Shown: positions 30,124 to 40,718, counted from the first letter of the stretch. The stretch is 64,000 nt of DNA from an uncultured Eubacteriales bacterium (GCA_900544545.1 UQVY01000003.1:10862-74861), one strand, 5' to 3'. Notes: generated from the letters alone by a model not told the origin. Program-made: numbers and translations.

Positions 30124-32706
30124 ATGAAGAAGAATAAAGATATATCGGGAGTGGAGTACGTCAAAGCCCTCGAAACGACCAACGTCGTACCCGTCAATCT
30201 CGAAGAGGAAATGAAACGCTCGTTTATCGCGTACGCTATGGCGGTAAACGTTTCGAGAGCCATTCCCGACGTCAGGGACGGTCTTAAACCCGTCCACAGA
30301 AGAATACTCTACGCTATGGGCGAACTCAATATGTTCTACGACAAGCCCACGAGAAAGTGCGCGCGTATCGTAGGCGACGTCCTCGGTAAATATCACCCGC
30401 ACGGCGACAGCGCGGTTTACGAGGCTCTCGTAAGACTTGCGCAGGACTTTTCCATAAGATGTCCGCTCGTGGACGGTCAGGGAAATTTCGGAAGCGTGGA
30501 CGGGGATCCGCCGGCGGCTCAGCGTTACACCGAGGCAAGACTCAGCAAAATCGCGGGGGAAATGCTCAGGGATATAGATAAGGAAACCGTGGACTTCTAT
30601 CCCAACTTCGACGACACGCTTATGCAGCCCGTGGTCCTTCCCGCAAGATTTCCCAATCTCCTCGTGAACGGCGCGGACGGAATAGCCGTGGGTATGGCGA
30701 CGAATATCCCCCCCCATAACCTCGGCGAGGTCATAAACGGCGTCATCGCGCAGATGAAAAATCCCGATATCACGATAGACGAGCTTATGGATTATATACC
30801 CGCTCCGGATTTCCCGACGGGCGGACTCATTATGGGCAGAAACGCCATAAGAAAGGCTTATAAGACGGGCAAGGGAACCATTATCGTAAGAGCGAGAACC
30901 GAAATAGAGGAATATACCTCGCACGGACAGCAGAAAAGCCGCATAGTCGTCTACGAGCTTCCCTATCAGGTCAACAAGGCTAAGCTCATCGAAAACATCG
31001 CCGACCTCGTAAAGGATAAAAGACTCGAGGGAATCAGCGATATTACCGAAGAAAGCGACAGAAACGGAATGCGTATAGTCATCGAGGTCAAAAAGGACTT
31101 CAACGCGCAGGTCGTCCTCAATAACCTCTTCAAGCATACGCAGATGCAGGTCTCGGACGGACTTATTATGCTCGCGCTCGACAAGGGACAGCCAAAGCTC
31201 CTCAATCTCAAGGAAATCATAGGCTGCTATATAGAGCATCAGAGAGAGGTTATCGTCAGAAGGACGAAATTCGACCTCAGAAAAGCCGAGGAAAGAAGCC
31301 ATATCCTCGAAGGTCTCATTATCGCGCAGGACAATATAGACCGAGTCGTGGAAATCATTCGCTCGAGCAGGGACAGCGCGGAAGCCGCGGAAAGGCTTAC
31401 GGCGGAATTCTCCCTCTCGGACAGGCAGACCAAAGCCATTCTCGAAATGCAGCTTCAGAGGCTCACGCATCTTCAGGCGGATAACCTCAGGAACGAGTAC
31501 GAAAAACTCCGCGAGACCATTATCGACCTCAGGGATATTCTCGACAAGCCCGAAAGAGTGGATTCGATAATCGAAACCGAGCTTACCGAATGCAGGGATA
31601 AATACGATTCGCCGAGAAGAACCGAAATCGCGACCGATTACGAGGAGATGGAGGTCGGGGATTTCATCGAAAAAGAGGACGTGGTCATTTCGATGACTCA
31701 CGACGGCTACATAAAGCGTATTTCGCTCTCCGAATATAAGGTTCAGGACAGAGGCGGAGTCGGAGTTACCGCGCACAAGACCAAGGACGAGGACTTCATA
31801 GAAAAGATGTTCGTTTCTTCGACGCACGACAGCCTCCTCTTCTTCAGCAACCGCGGAAAGGTCTACAGCATAAAGGCTTACGAGATTCCCGAAACGCTCA
31901 AGGCAGCCCGCGGAAGAGCCATAATCAACCTCATTCAGGTGGAAACGGGCGAGAAAATCACCGCCGTTATACCGATGAAAGAGAAATGCGAAGGCTTTAT
32001 GTTTATGGCGACGGCTCACGGAGTCGTAAAGAAAACCGAAATGGCGGAATTCGCTTCGATAAGAAAGAGCGGAAAAATCGCCGTCAGACTCGACGAGGGC
32101 GACGAACTCGTAGCGGTGGATTTCACCGAGGGCGACGAGGATATCATAATCGCGAGCAATTCCGGAAAGTGTATAAGATTCAGCGAAAGGGACGTTTCCG
32201 ATATGGGAAGAAACAGCCGCGGAGTCAGAAGTATGAAGCTCGACGAGGACGATTATATCGTGGATATGGCGGTGCTTAAAGAGGGTTGCGAAATTCTTAC
32301 CGTTACCGAAAACGGCTTCGGAAAACGCAGCGAACTCGACGCTTACCGCAGACAGACGAGAGCCGGAAAGGGCGTCAAGGCAGGCGAATTCACCGAGGAA
32401 ACGGGAAATCTCGTCGGACTTAAACTCGTTTCGCCCGACGACGATATAGTCGTTATCGCGGACAACGGAGTCGCCATAAGAATGAGAGCGTCGGGTATAA
32501 GCAAATTCGGAAGAGCCACAAAGGGCGTCAGAATTATGAGGCTCAAGGGCGACGCGAAAATCGTCAGCGTAACCAAATGCGTTTCGTCCGAGAACGACAA
32601 GGCAATTATGAATACCGAGGAAAAGCATTACGACAACCCGCCTTTACCCGAGGAGGACGCTGCCGAAAACGCCGAAGAACAGGAATTCGTAGACAGAGAA
32701 TTGTAA
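30124..32706 (+). CDS. gyrA: DNA gyrase subunit A
   Basis: [36 protein letters not shown], active-site [10 protein letters not shown], GyrA-box-like QDRGGVG before the beta-pinwheel repeats. Confidence 0.97.
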   Translation: MKKNKDISGVEYVKALETTNVVPVNLEEEMKRSFIAYAMAVNVSRAIPDVRDGLKPVHRRILYAMGELNMFYDKPTRKCARIVGDVLGKYHPHGDSAVYEALVRLAQDFSIRCPLVDGQGNFGSVDGDPPAAQRYTEARLSKIAGEMLRDIDKETVDFYPNFDDTLMQPVVLPARFPNLLVNGADGIAVGMATNIPPHNLGEVINGVIAQMKNPDITIDELMDYIPAPDFPTGGLIMGRNAIRKAYKTGKGTIIVRARTEIEEYTSHGQQKSRIVVYELPYQVNKAKLIENIADLVKDKRLEGISDITEESDRNGMRIVIEVKKDFNAQVVLNNLFKHTQMQVSDGLIMLALDKGQPKLLNLKEIIGCYIEHQREVIVRRTKFDLRKAEERSHILEGLIIAQDNIDRVVEIIRSSRDSAEAAERLTAEFSLSDRQTKAILEMQLQRLTHLQADNLRNEYEKLRETIIDLRDILDKPERVDSIIETELTECRDKYDSPRRTEIATDYEEMEVGDFIEKEDVVISMTHDGYIKRISLSEYKVQDRGGVGVTAHKTKDEDFIEKMFVSSTHDSLLFFSNRGKVYSIKAYEIPETLKAARGRAIINLIQVETGEKITAVIPMKEKCEGFMFMATAHGVVKKTEMAEFASIRKSGKIAVRLDEGDELVAVDFTEGDEDIIIASNSGKCIRFSERDVSDMGRNSRGVRSMKLDEDDYIVDMAVLKEGCEILTVTENGFGKRSELDAYRRQTRAGKGVKAGEFTEETGNLVGLKLVSPDDDIVVIADNGVAIRMRASGISKFGRATKGVRIMRLKGDAKIVSVTKCVSSENDKAIMNTEEKHYDNPPLPEEDAAENAEEQEFVDREL

Positions 32707-32796
32707 TTATCAAAGCAAGAATCTGTCGGAGTCGTAATTTACAAACAGCATAATAAGGGAGCTTTTCGGCTCCCTTTTAGAAAGGAGGATCAGCCG

Positions 32797-33621
32797 ATGT
32801 ACAAAATTCTGAAGATAAGGAGGCTTTCGCCCGACGTCAACGAATACGTCGTCGAAGCTCCTTTGGTTGCGAAACGGGCAAAACCCGGACAGTTCGTTAT
32901 CCTTATGACCGACGAACGGGGAGAGAGAGTTCCCTTCACGATAGCCGATTCCGACCCCGAAAAAGGCTCGGTTACCGTCATCGTACAGACGGTCGGCGCA
33001 ACGACTTATAAGTTGTCGCAGAAGAAGGAGGGAGAGAGCCTTTTCGCCTTCGCGGGACCGCTCGGAAAACCCACGGACCTCGACGGAGAGGACAAAATCC
33101 TTCTCGTAGGCGGAGGAATAGGCGCGGCAGTGATTTATCCGCAAGCCAAGCACAGAGCCAAAATCGGAAAAAAAGCCGACGTTATTCTCGGCGCGAGAAC
33201 CGAGGAATTGCTTTTGTACAGAGAGGAATTCGGGAAGGTCGCGGATAAATTCGTCGTTATGACCGACGACGGAAGCGCGGGCGGAAAAGGCTTCGTTACC
33301 GACGCGGAAAGAGAAATGCTCGGGAAGGAGAATTACGACGCGGTTTTCGCGGTAGGTCCGCTCCCGATGATGAGGGCGGTCTGTAAAGTCGCGGAGGAAT
33401 TCGGAGTCAGAACCGTGATTTCGATGAACTCGATTATGGTGGACGGAACGGGAATGTGCGGCTGCTGCAGACTGAAGGTGGACGGAAAAACGCTTTACGC
33501 CTGCGTGGACGGACCGGAATTCGACGGAAGCAAGGTGGATTTCGACGAAGCCATAAAAAGAAGCAGAACCTATCACGAATGCGAGAAAGAATGCTACCTG
33601 AGAGCGAAGGAGGAGAAATGA
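32797..33621 (+). CDS. nfnA: Sulfide/dihydroorotate-dehydrogenase-like FAD/NAD-binding protein (NfnA-type small subunit)
   Basis: MYKILKIRRLSPDVNEYVVEAP, PFTIAD, C-terminal [2Fe-2S] Cys cluster DGTGMCGCCRL...YACVDGP. Confidence 0.85.
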   Translation: MYKILKIRRLSPDVNEYVVEAPLVAKRAKPGQFVILMTDERGERVPFTIADSDPEKGSVTVIVQTVGATTYKLSQKKEGESLFAFAGPLGKPTDLDGEDKILLVGGGIGAAVIYPQAKHRAKIGKKADVILGARTEELLLYREEFGKVADKFVVMTDDGSAGGKGFVTDAEREMLGKENYDAVFAVGPLPMMRAVCKVAEEFGVRTVISMNSIMVDGTGMCGCCRLKVDGKTLYACVDGPEFDGSKVDFDEAIKRSRTYHECEKECYLRAKEEK

Positions 33622-34985
33622 GCGACAGACAGATTCCTTTTACGAGAGAACCTTCGGAGAGAATCCGCGATTTCAGCGAGGTCAATCTCGGCTTCGATAA
33701 GGAAAAAGCCCTGACCGAAGCAAAAAGATGCCTGCAATGCGCAAATCCGCGCTGCCGCGAAGGCTGTCCGGTAAGAGTCAATATCCCCGAATTCATAAAA
33801 AAACTCGCCGAAAACGACGCGAACGGGGCAAAAAGCGTTATTTACGAGGACAATATCCTCCCGAGAGTCTGCGGAAGAGTATGTCCGCAGGAAAGACAGT
33901 GCGAGAGCAGATGCGTCCTCGGATTAAAAGGAAAACCCGTGGCTATCGGTCAGCTCGAACGCTACGCCGGTGAAAACGGAAGCTGCGACATCGGACGGAC
34001 GGAGGAATTCCGCGGAAAGAAAGTCGCCGTCGCAGGCTCGGGACCGGCTTCGCTGACCTGCGCGTTTTTCCTCGCGAAAAAGGGCGTGGAGGTTACGGTT
34101 TTCGAGGCGTTTCACGTCGCGGGAGGAGTTCTGGTTTACGGAATACCCGAATTCAGACTCCCCAAAGCCGTCGTCGCGGACGAAATAAACGCTCTCAGGC
34201 ACTTCGGAGTGAAATTCGAGACCAACTGCGTAATCGGAAAAACCGTAACCGTAGAGGAGCTGAGGAGAGATTTCGACGCGGTATTTATCGGTACGGGCGC
34301 GGGACTTCCTATGTTTATGAATATCCCCGGCGAAGAGCTTTCGGGAGTGTATTCGGCAAACGAGTACCTCACGAGAATCAACCTTATGAAGGCTTACCGA
34401 GAGGGCTACGACACGCCTGCGCCGAAGGGCGGAAAGATCGTCGTCGTAGGAGCAGGAAACGTCGCTATGGACGCGGCGAGAACAGCCCGTCGTATGGGAG
34501 CCGAAGTCGACCTCGTTTATCGCAGAGGAAGAGAGGAAATGCCCGCAAGAGCCGAGGAAATCGAACACGCAGAGGAGGAGGGCGTTAATTTCAGGCTGCT
34601 ATGCAATCCCGTGGAGTTTCTCGGAAAGGACAGAGTTACGGGCGCGAAATGTATAAAAATGCAGCTCGGCGAACCCGATTCCTCCGGAAGAAGACGCCCG
34701 GAAGAAATCCCCGGGAGCGAATTCGTTATAGATTGCGACGCAGTAATCGTGGCTTTGGGAACGATTCCCAACCCGATGATAAGGGACACGGAGCCGAAAC
34801 TCGGCGTCGGCAGGAAGGGAACGATCGAGGCAGACGAACGCGGAAGAACTTCGATTAAAGGAGTTTATGCGGGCGGGGACGCGGTTACGGGAGCGGCTAC
34901 GGTCATTCTCGCTATGGGCGCGGGCAAAACCGCCGCCGAGACTATCCTCGAGGACTTCGGAAAGAACGAAAATTCCGCGGAATAA
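33618..34985 (+). CDS. nfnB: NADPH-dependent glutamate-synthase-small-chain-like oxidoreductase (NfnB type)
   Basis: ATGA overlap with nfnA. CLQCANPRC and RVCPQERQCESRC Fe-S motifs. GSGPASL and VVGAGNVAMD dinucleotide folds. The listed 33456 start is an ORF extension. Confidence 0.88.
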   Translation: MSDRQIPFTREPSERIRDFSEVNLGFDKEKALTEAKRCLQCANPRCREGCPVRVNIPEFIKKLAENDANGAKSVIYEDNILPRVCGRVCPQERQCESRCVLGLKGKPVAIGQLERYAGENGSCDIGRTEEFRGKKVAVAGSGPASLTCAFFLAKKGVEVTVFEAFHVAGGVLVYGIPEFRLPKAVVADEINALRHFGVKFETNCVIGKTVTVEELRRDFDAVFIGTGAGLPMFMNIPGEELSGVYSANEYLTRINLMKAYREGYDTPAPKGGKIVVVGAGNVAMDAARTARRMGAEVDLVYRRGREEMPARAEEIEHAEEEGVNFRLLCNPVEFLGKDRVTGAKCIKMQLGEPDSSGRRRPEEIPGSEFVIDCDAVIVALGTIPNPMIRDTEPKLGVGRKGTIEADERGRTSIKGVYAGGDAVTGAATVILAMGAGKTAAETILEDFGKNENSAE

Positions 34986-35219
34986 TAAAAGAAACGACTT
35001 CCGAAAAGGAAGGCAGAAATTACTATTCGTTATAGGGCGCGTCTTCGGGCGCGTCTTTTTTTATTGGCTTGAGAAAACCGATTTTACGGGCTTGAGAAAA
35101 CCGAAGAATCGGAGGGGAAAAGCCTTTTTTACTCATTAAGAGGAGCTTCGACGGTTTCTCTTTTTTTTCGCGCGGGCGGAGGACGTATAATCGGGACAAA
35201 GCTTTCGGAGGTATCGTTT

Positions 35220-35387
35220 ATGGCTTTGACTTACTTCTTCATCGTTTTCTTCGGAATCGCTGCGGTCGCGGCTTTCGCGGAGCTTATACGGACGCTTTCG
35301 GCGGCGGTCAGAGAGCGGAGAGAAATCAAAAAATCCCTGCGGCTCAGGAGATGTTTTTATCGCCACGACGACCGCAGGAAAGGCTGA
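35220..35387 (+). CDS. Possible 55-aa single-TM microprotein
   Basis: GGAGG lies 8 nt upstream of the ATG. MALTYFFIVFFGIAAVAAFA followed by an Arg/Lys-rich tail. Not in the ORF track. No homology recognised. Confidence 0.3.
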   Translation: MALTYFFIVFFGIAAVAAFAELIRTLSAAVRERREIKKSLRLRRCFYRHDDRRKG

Positions 35388-35510
35388 TTTACCGAGCGGC
35401 AAAGACTTTCCGATTCTCGGCAAACGATTTCCAAATGATTTCCTGAATTCTGCGCAAGCGGATAAGCCCGAGGGCGTAAACTCCGCGAGCGCGGTCGGAA
35501 CGCGGGAATA

Positions 35511-35537
35511 AGAAAAAGGCTGCCCGAAAGCAGCCTT
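35511..35537 (-). terminator. Hairpin terminator downstream of the 802-aa gene (possibly bidirectional)
   Basis: aaggctgc-ccgaaa-gcagcctt. T-run on the minus strand (TTTTTCT) and TATTTT on the plus strand. Confidence 0.55.
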
Positions 35538-35683
35538 TATTTTCGTTTAATTCGGGATAAAGCCCGTAAGTCGAGTTTAAGTCGGACAAGCCGAACTTGA
35601 CGAACGTCAAGCCGAGTCAAACCGAGTTTAACGCAGGCAAGTCGGAATTCACGACCGCAGAGCCGAGGTTATCGCGCGCGATT

Positions 35684-38092
35684 TCAGCGTTTCTTGTTGC
35701 GCTTGACGATTACGACCACTACGTAAACGACAGCCGCAATCATAAGAAGCGAAGCCGCGGAAAGCACTATCGTCAGCCAGTTGACCTGATAGTTGCCCTT
35801 GGTTTCTTTGTTTCCGTCCGTGTCGGAGGGCGGATTCTCTCTCGTGTCGCCCTGCTCGTTGACGAAGTCGAAGCCGACTACGTTGGAGAATCTGGATTTA
35901 AGCTCGATCTTTTCGACGAGTTTTCCGTCAACCTTCTGTTTTCTGTCGTAGGAATCGAATACCTGAATCTCGTCTTCGCTTTCCGCGCTGAGAGCCTTGA
36001 ATTCGTCCTCGGTCATCTTCACGTAATCAGCCATATCGAATACCACCGCGCCCGTAGCTCTGTCAGCGTCGTCGGTAGAGCCTCTCTTTCCGTTATAGAG
36101 GTGAAGGTAAACCGTCTTTGCCTGAGAACCGGTAGCTACGTAGAAGTTGAACTGAACGAAGCCGTTCGCGAGTTCGATCTTATCGGAGGAGTAGCTCGAA
36201 AGCTCGGACGCGCTTATGCCCGCGTAGCTCATTTCCGCTTCAACGTCGCCGGTAAGATAAACGTAAGCCTTTCCGCCGAGTTCCTTCGCGGTAACGCTGA
36301 TTCTGTAGTAGCCGTTGGCTTCGAGAGTAATCTTGGAGCTTGAGATACCGAAGGAGGCAAGCGAATTGTTGTTGATGTAGAGCTGAGAAATAATGCCCGC
36401 ATTATTGAAGGCGAAGTCGCCCGCAGTAACCGCAACGGGAAGATTTTCGTTCCGGCTGTCGTCGTTGACTACGATACCGTAGGTAATCTGACCTACGCCG
36501 TAGCTCGTAACCGCGCTCCAGTCGGAAACCGCGTAGGGATATACGCTTCCGGGGACGTTGGTCGCGAAGCTGTCGAAGGAGCCGTTGGTAAGAGTCGAGG
36601 AGCCCTGAGGCGTGAAGGACGAGGACGAAAGGTCTACTTTCTTGGACTGAGAGCCGGAAGAAGCTCCGGAATAGTCGCTCATCGTGATTTCTTCGACGCT
36701 GATTTCGGTAACGTAGAGGGTACCGGTCACGGCTTCGTCGATGCTTTCGGGGTTAATCATATTGCCCAGCCACATTTCGAGCTGAAGAGTGAAGTCCCTG
36801 ACGTTGGAGGGCTTGATATAGAAAGAGTATCTTACCCAGCCGTTGAAGGAATCGTCCGCAGCGTCCGCCTGAGCGCGAACCTTGGAGAAATACGTGGTAT
36901 AGGTGTTGTCGTTTTTGTTTTCGACGTCGTAGAGATAGATATTGGCTCCCTTATCGACGCGGATATCCTTGGTCCTTACGTAGAAGGAAATGCGGTAGTG
37001 AGTACCGTTGGAGGGATGGTTGACCGTAACGGGATTGATGAGAGAACCGCCTACGGATTTGCTGCTGCCGTCGTTGACGAGCTTATAGATTTCGTCGTCG
37101 TCCGAGAAGGGATAGAGGTCGATATCGTTTTCCTGCATAAACTGAGCGACGGAAATCGATTCGAAACCTTCGACGTTCATTTCGGCTTTATTCTCGATAT
37201 TGTCCGATTCGCTGTAGAAGGAAGCGGTTTTGATAAAGTCGGTTTCATTATTCACATAGGACTTGTATTCGCCCTTGGAAGTGGAGGAAAGGACGACATC
37301 GTCGATGAAAACGGTACCCGTGGCGTTGTCGTAGCCTTCGGTATTGTTTTCGCCGAGACCTACTTCAACCCAGAGCGACTGAGCCTTGGAAGCCTGTCCT
37401 TCGATATAGAACGTATATTTCTGCCATTCGCCGTTAGTGTTGATCGCGGAAACGGAGATGGGGAAATCGCTGCTCTGGGAGGAGGAGGATTTAATGCGGA
37501 GATAAACTTCGCTTGCCGTTTCGTGAACGCCTACGGTCTTTATCCAGACGGTAATCTTACTGTAGGAGTTGGAGGAAACGGAGAAGCTCGTGTTGTTCTT
37601 TATGTTTGCGTAGGAAGCCGCTCTGTTATGAATCATATAGACAGATTTGGTATCCTTGTCGTCGTTCTTTTCCTTTTCGGAGGCTTCGGGCGTACCGGGA
37701 TTGGATACGGCGACGCCGAGCGCGCCGAGCTGCTTCGAAACTTCGAGCCATTCTGCTTCGTCGGTGGGAACGATGCCCGCGACCGTTACCGAGTTGTTCC
37801 TGCGGGAGAGAGCCCACGCCTGCGCGGCGTAAGGAACGCCCGTCTTGTTGGCGTCGAGAACGAAATCGAAACCGCCGTTCTTGATGGTAGCGGAACTTGT
37901 GTCGGGACTCGTCGTAGTGTTGGTGACTTCCGACAATTCGGGTTCTTTGTAATTAACGTAGACCAGTGTGCCGGCGATGACCGCTGCCGCAACGATGAAT
38001 ACGATTACGGTGAGGAGTATCTTCTTTCCGAACATCGGGTCTTTTGTCTGGGCAGCCGCAGCGGCTGCGCTGGTTTTCTTGTTTTTACTCAT
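35684..38092 (-). CDS. Large protein anchored by both N- and C-terminal TM helices; tandem CBM-like (NG[GS]F(D/E)-type) beta-sandwich modules
   Basis: ATG 38092 lies 6 nt after AGGTGG; the listed 38101 is a GTG inside the RBS. N-terminal TM LLTVIVFIVAAAVIAG. IKNGGFDF and TNGSFDSF module starts. C-terminal TM followed by KRNKKR. Confidence 0.75.
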   Translation of the reverse strand: MSKNKKTSAAAAAAQTKDPMFGKKILLTVIVFIVAAAVIAGTLVYVNYKEPELSEVTNTTTSPDTSSATIKNGGFDFVLDANKTGVPYAAQAWALSRRNNSVTVAGIVPTDEAEWLEVSKQLGALGVAVSNPGTPEASEKEKNDDKDTKSVYMIHNRAASYANIKNNTSFSVSSNSYSKITVWIKTVGVHETASEVYLRIKSSSSQSSDFPISVSAINTNGEWQKYTFYIEGQASKAQSLWVEVGLGENNTEGYDNATGTVFIDDVVLSSTSKGEYKSYVNNETDFIKTASFYSESDNIENKAEMNVEGFESISVAQFMQENDIDLYPFSDDDEIYKLVNDGSSKSVGGSLINPVTVNHPSNGTHYRISFYVRTKDIRVDKGANIYLYDVENKNDNTYTTYFSKVRAQADAADDSFNGWVRYSFYIKPSNVRDFTLQLEMWLGNMINPESIDEAVTGTLYVTEISVEEITMSDYSGASSGSQSKKVDLSSSSFTPQGSSTLTNGSFDSFATNVPGSVYPYAVSDWSAVTSYGVGQITYGIVVNDDSRNENLPVAVTAGDFAFNNAGIISQLYINNNSLASFGISSSKITLEANGYYRISVTAKELGGKAYVYLTGDVEAEMSYAGISASELSSYSSDKIELANGFVQFNFYVATGSQAKTVYLHLYNGKRGSTDDADRATGAVVFDMADYVKMTEDEFKALSAESEDEIQVFDSYDRKQKVDGKLVEKIELKSRFSNVVGFDFVNEQGDTRENPPSDTDGNKETKGNYQVNWLTIVLSAASLLMIAAVVYVVVVIVKRNKKR

Positions 38093-38401
38093 CTTAACCA
38101 CCTGTAATAGAATGATGTGTTTGCGCGGAAAAAACCGCGCGCTTCGTAAAGGAAACGAGCGGCTCAGAAGAGCCTGAGCCGTTTCCGTATAAACTTACTT
38201 ATCTATTTTATAACATAATCCGTAAAAAATCAAATAATTTTAGCTATTTTCTTCGCCGAATTTGCAATAAAAACCGTCCGTCTGCTTAAACTAAACGGGA
38301 AAAGAGGCGTAATCCGCAGAGAAAAGGCTTTTTATAAGCCTAAAAAACCAAGGACGGATATTTTTTCTCTTTTACTTTATCGGACTAAATCGGAGGCTCT
38401 T

Positions 38402-38761
38402 ATGTCGGACGGATTCAGAAAAACGGCCCTTATAATTATGGGACTCGCCGCGGGACTTATAAACGGATTTCTCGGAGGAGGCGGGGGAGTCGTATGTGTG
38501 GCGGCTCTTTTGTGGCTCCTTAAGCTCAAACCCAAGGAGGCTCACGCGACCGCGCTTTTCGTGATTCTTCCGATAACCGCGCTCTCCGCGCTCGTTTATA
38601 TTATCGGAGGGAAAACCGACCTTGACCTCACTATTCTCGCGTCGCTCGGAGTTACGGCGGGAGGAATCGTCGGAGCAAAACTCCTCGGGAAACTGAAAAC
38701 GCCGACGGTAGAGCTGATTTTCGCGGGGATACTCGTTTTCGCGGGGATAAGTATGCTCTGA
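38402..38761 (+). CDS. Half-size (4-TM) TauE/SafE-family membrane protein, first of a pair
   Basis: GGAGG RBS. GLAAGLINGFLGGGGGVV N-terminal motif and a TauE-like C-terminus IFAGILVFAGISML. 119 aa. Confidence 0.75.
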   Translation: MSDGFRKTALIIMGLAAGLINGFLGGGGGVVCVAALLWLLKLKPKEAHATALFVILPITALSALVYIIGGKTDLDLTILASLGVTAGGIVGAKLLGKLKTPTVELIFAGILVFAGISML

Positions 38762-38814
38762 GCCGATTAAAAGGAGATTGTATGTAAACCGATAAAGCGG
38801 AGATTTGTGCGAGC

Positions 38815-38952
38815 GAGGATTATACGAGTGATTATATGAGCAGATATATAAACCGCGCATATAGACCGCGCATATATAAATAAGGATTACGGTTACGAAG
38901 GATTATATCAAAATAAAGGGTTATATTAAGGATTATATTAAGGATTATATCG
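38815..38952. repeat. AT-rich degenerate short tandem repeats between the two TauE halves
   Basis: aaggattata(t) variants occur about 6 times (38815, 38881, 38898, 38916, 38928, 38940). accgcgcatata occurs twice (38851, 38864). Confidence 0.8.
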
Positions 38953-38965
38953 AAGAGGTGAAAAA

Positions 38966-39361
38966 ATGAACGGATTTCTCGTGGCGGTTTTCGGATTTCT
39001 GTCGGGAATAGCCGGCGGAATGGGTATGGGCGGAGGCACTTTTCTTATTCCGCTGCTTTTAAGACTCGGAATCCCGCAGCACGCGGCTCAGGCCGCCAAT
39101 CTCATAAGCTTCCTGCCGATGTGCGCGGCGTCCCTCGTCATTCACGCAAAAAACGGACTTCTGAAAACCTCCGGAACGGGCTGGACGGTGCTTTTCGCGC
39201 TTATCGGTTCGGCAATCGGAGCGGTTTTCGCTCAAAGCACTCCGCCGTCGGCTCTCAGGAAGTGTTTCGGCGTACTTCTCGTTCTGTTCGGGATATATCA
39301 GCTCGTCCTCGCCTTGCGCGCTGGGAAAAAGAAACCTTTCGGCTCGGTAAAAGAGGAATAG
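38966..39361 (+). CDS. Half-size (4-TM) TauE/SafE-family membrane protein, second of a pair
   Basis: GAGGTG RBS. GFLSGIAGGMGMGGGTFLIPLL motif. 131 aa. Confidence 0.75.
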   Translation: MNGFLVAVFGFLSGIAGGMGMGGGTFLIPLLLRLGIPQHAAQAANLISFLPMCAASLVIHAKNGLLKTSGTGWTVLFALIGSAIGAVFAQSTPPSALRKCFGVLLVLFGIYQLVLALRAGKKKPFGSVKEE

Positions 39362-39530
39362 CTCCGAAAAGGAAACAAGCCTCGGATTACATCGGGGAGG
39401 AAGGAAAGGAAACAAGCTTTGAATTCGTCGGGAAAAGAGAAGCTTTGGAATTGCTTCGGAAAAGGAAAGAGAAATAGCTTCGGAATCGCAGCCGGAAGAG
39501 AAAGGGGAAATTACGGAAGGATAAGGGAAT

Positions 39531-40718
39531 ATGGATATTTATAAAAAACTCGGAATAATATTCGCAGTCGCTCTCGCGTTTCTTATATTCGCGGGATTTT
39601 ACGACAGCTCTCCGCTGACCGAAAAGGTCATAGTTTTAAGCGTAGGAATAGACCTCCCCGAATCGGGAGAGGGCTTCGACGTGTCTTACGAGGTCGCGCA
39701 GGCTTCGATGAAGGCTCAGGGAGATTCGGCGGGCGGAAGCGACGGCGGAAACGTAATAAAAGGAAGCGGCCCCACGCTTTCCACCGCCCTTCAGGACGCA
39801 AGCGAAAAGGCGGGGAAACTCGTTTCTCTCGGGCAGAGCAGCGTTATCGTAATAGGGGAGGACTATTGCAGAAAGGCAAACGTCGCGCAGGTACTTTCTT
39901 ACTTCTCGCTCTCGGACGCTTTCAGGGACGGGACGAGCGTAATCGCCTGCCGCGGAAAAGCCGCCGACCTTCTCAGCGTCAAGCTCCCTCTCGGAGGATA
40001 CGTCGGACTGGTTCTCGAAAACACCGTTCAGCACGACGGGAAAAAGCTCGGGATTCCTTACGTGAACGTAGTGGATTTCACGAAAATGCAGCTTTCCGAA
40101 AAACAGAGCAGCTATCTTCCGCTCGCGGAATTCGTTCGGGAGCCGCAGTCGGCTTCAGGTCAGCCGCAGACCAACGGAAAACCCGTCGGCCGTTTCGAGA
40201 TAAGAAAGACTATGCTTTTCGGGGGAGGGAGGTTTCTTTTCGAGGCGGATAAGGAATTCACCGAAAATCTCGTTTTTATGACGGAAAGCGAGAGCTTCAG
40301 GACCTACGTCATAAACGATCCGCTCTCGAATCCCGCCTTCACCAAAAAAGCCGCCGTCGGTATAACCGAGAAAAAGCTCTCCTTCGGCTGCCGCACGGAG
40401 AATGACAGAGCGGTTCTCGAGGTTTCTGTAAGACTCAAGGTCAAAAGGCTCAGGACGGATACCGACGGGAACGTTTCCTTCTTTACTGCAAAATCCTACG
40501 GGGAAATCTCGCAGCTCAACAAGATAGAGGTTCAGAACAAAGTCAAAGCCGACGTCGAAGGATTTTACGCGCTCCTCAGGAAATACGACTGCGACGCGAC
40601 GGGCCTGTGGCAGACGTTTTACAAGAAGCTCGGCTCGGAATGGACGGAATTCACGGCGACGAGAAGCGACTGGCTCGAAAAAATGAAAACGGAGGTCTAC
40701 GTGGACGTGTCCAACTGA
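39531..40718 (+). CDS. Ger(x)C-family spore-germination-protein-like, without lipobox cysteine
   Basis: N-terminal TM then FAGFYDSSPLTEKVIVLSVGID, collinear with LTGCWD....GID of the GerAC family but with Phe in place of Cys. About 395 aa. No GerA/GerB partner in the window. Confidence 0.6.
   Translation: MDIYKKLGIIFAVALAFLIFAGFYDSSPLTEKVIVLSVGIDLPESGEGFDVSYEVAQASMKAQGDSAGGSDGGNVIKGSGPTLSTALQDASEKAGKLVSLGQSSVIVIGEDYCRKANVAQVLSYFSLSDAFRDGTSVIACRGKAADLLSVKLPLGGYVGLVLENTVQHDGKKLGIPYVNVVDFTKMQLSEKQSSYLPLAEFVREPQSASGQPQTNGKPVGRFEIRKTMLFGGGRFLFEADKEFTENLVFMTESESFRTYVINDPLSNPAFTKKAAVGITEKKLSFGCRTENDRAVLEVSVRLKVKRLRTDTDGNVSFFTAKSYGEISQLNKIEVQNKVKADVEGFYALLRKYDCDATGLWQTFYKKLGSEWTEFTATRSDWLEKMKTEVYVDVSN

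Noticed and set aside
35136-35610. Minus-strand ORFs 35136-35423 (95 aa) and 35389-35610 (73 aa) in the nfnB / 802-aa-gene spacer
   Set aside because: They have no RBS and a highly basic, low-complexity composition. They span the terminator hairpin and the stutter repeats. A 55-aa plus-strand ORF with a good SD is a marginally better, though still weak, candidate.
38402-39361. The split TauE interpreted as a pseudogene created by a frameshift or stop
   Set aside because: Each half has its own SD and start codon, and each begins with the N-terminal Gly-rich motif. The 204-bp gap is non-coding repeat DNA rather than a disrupted reading frame.
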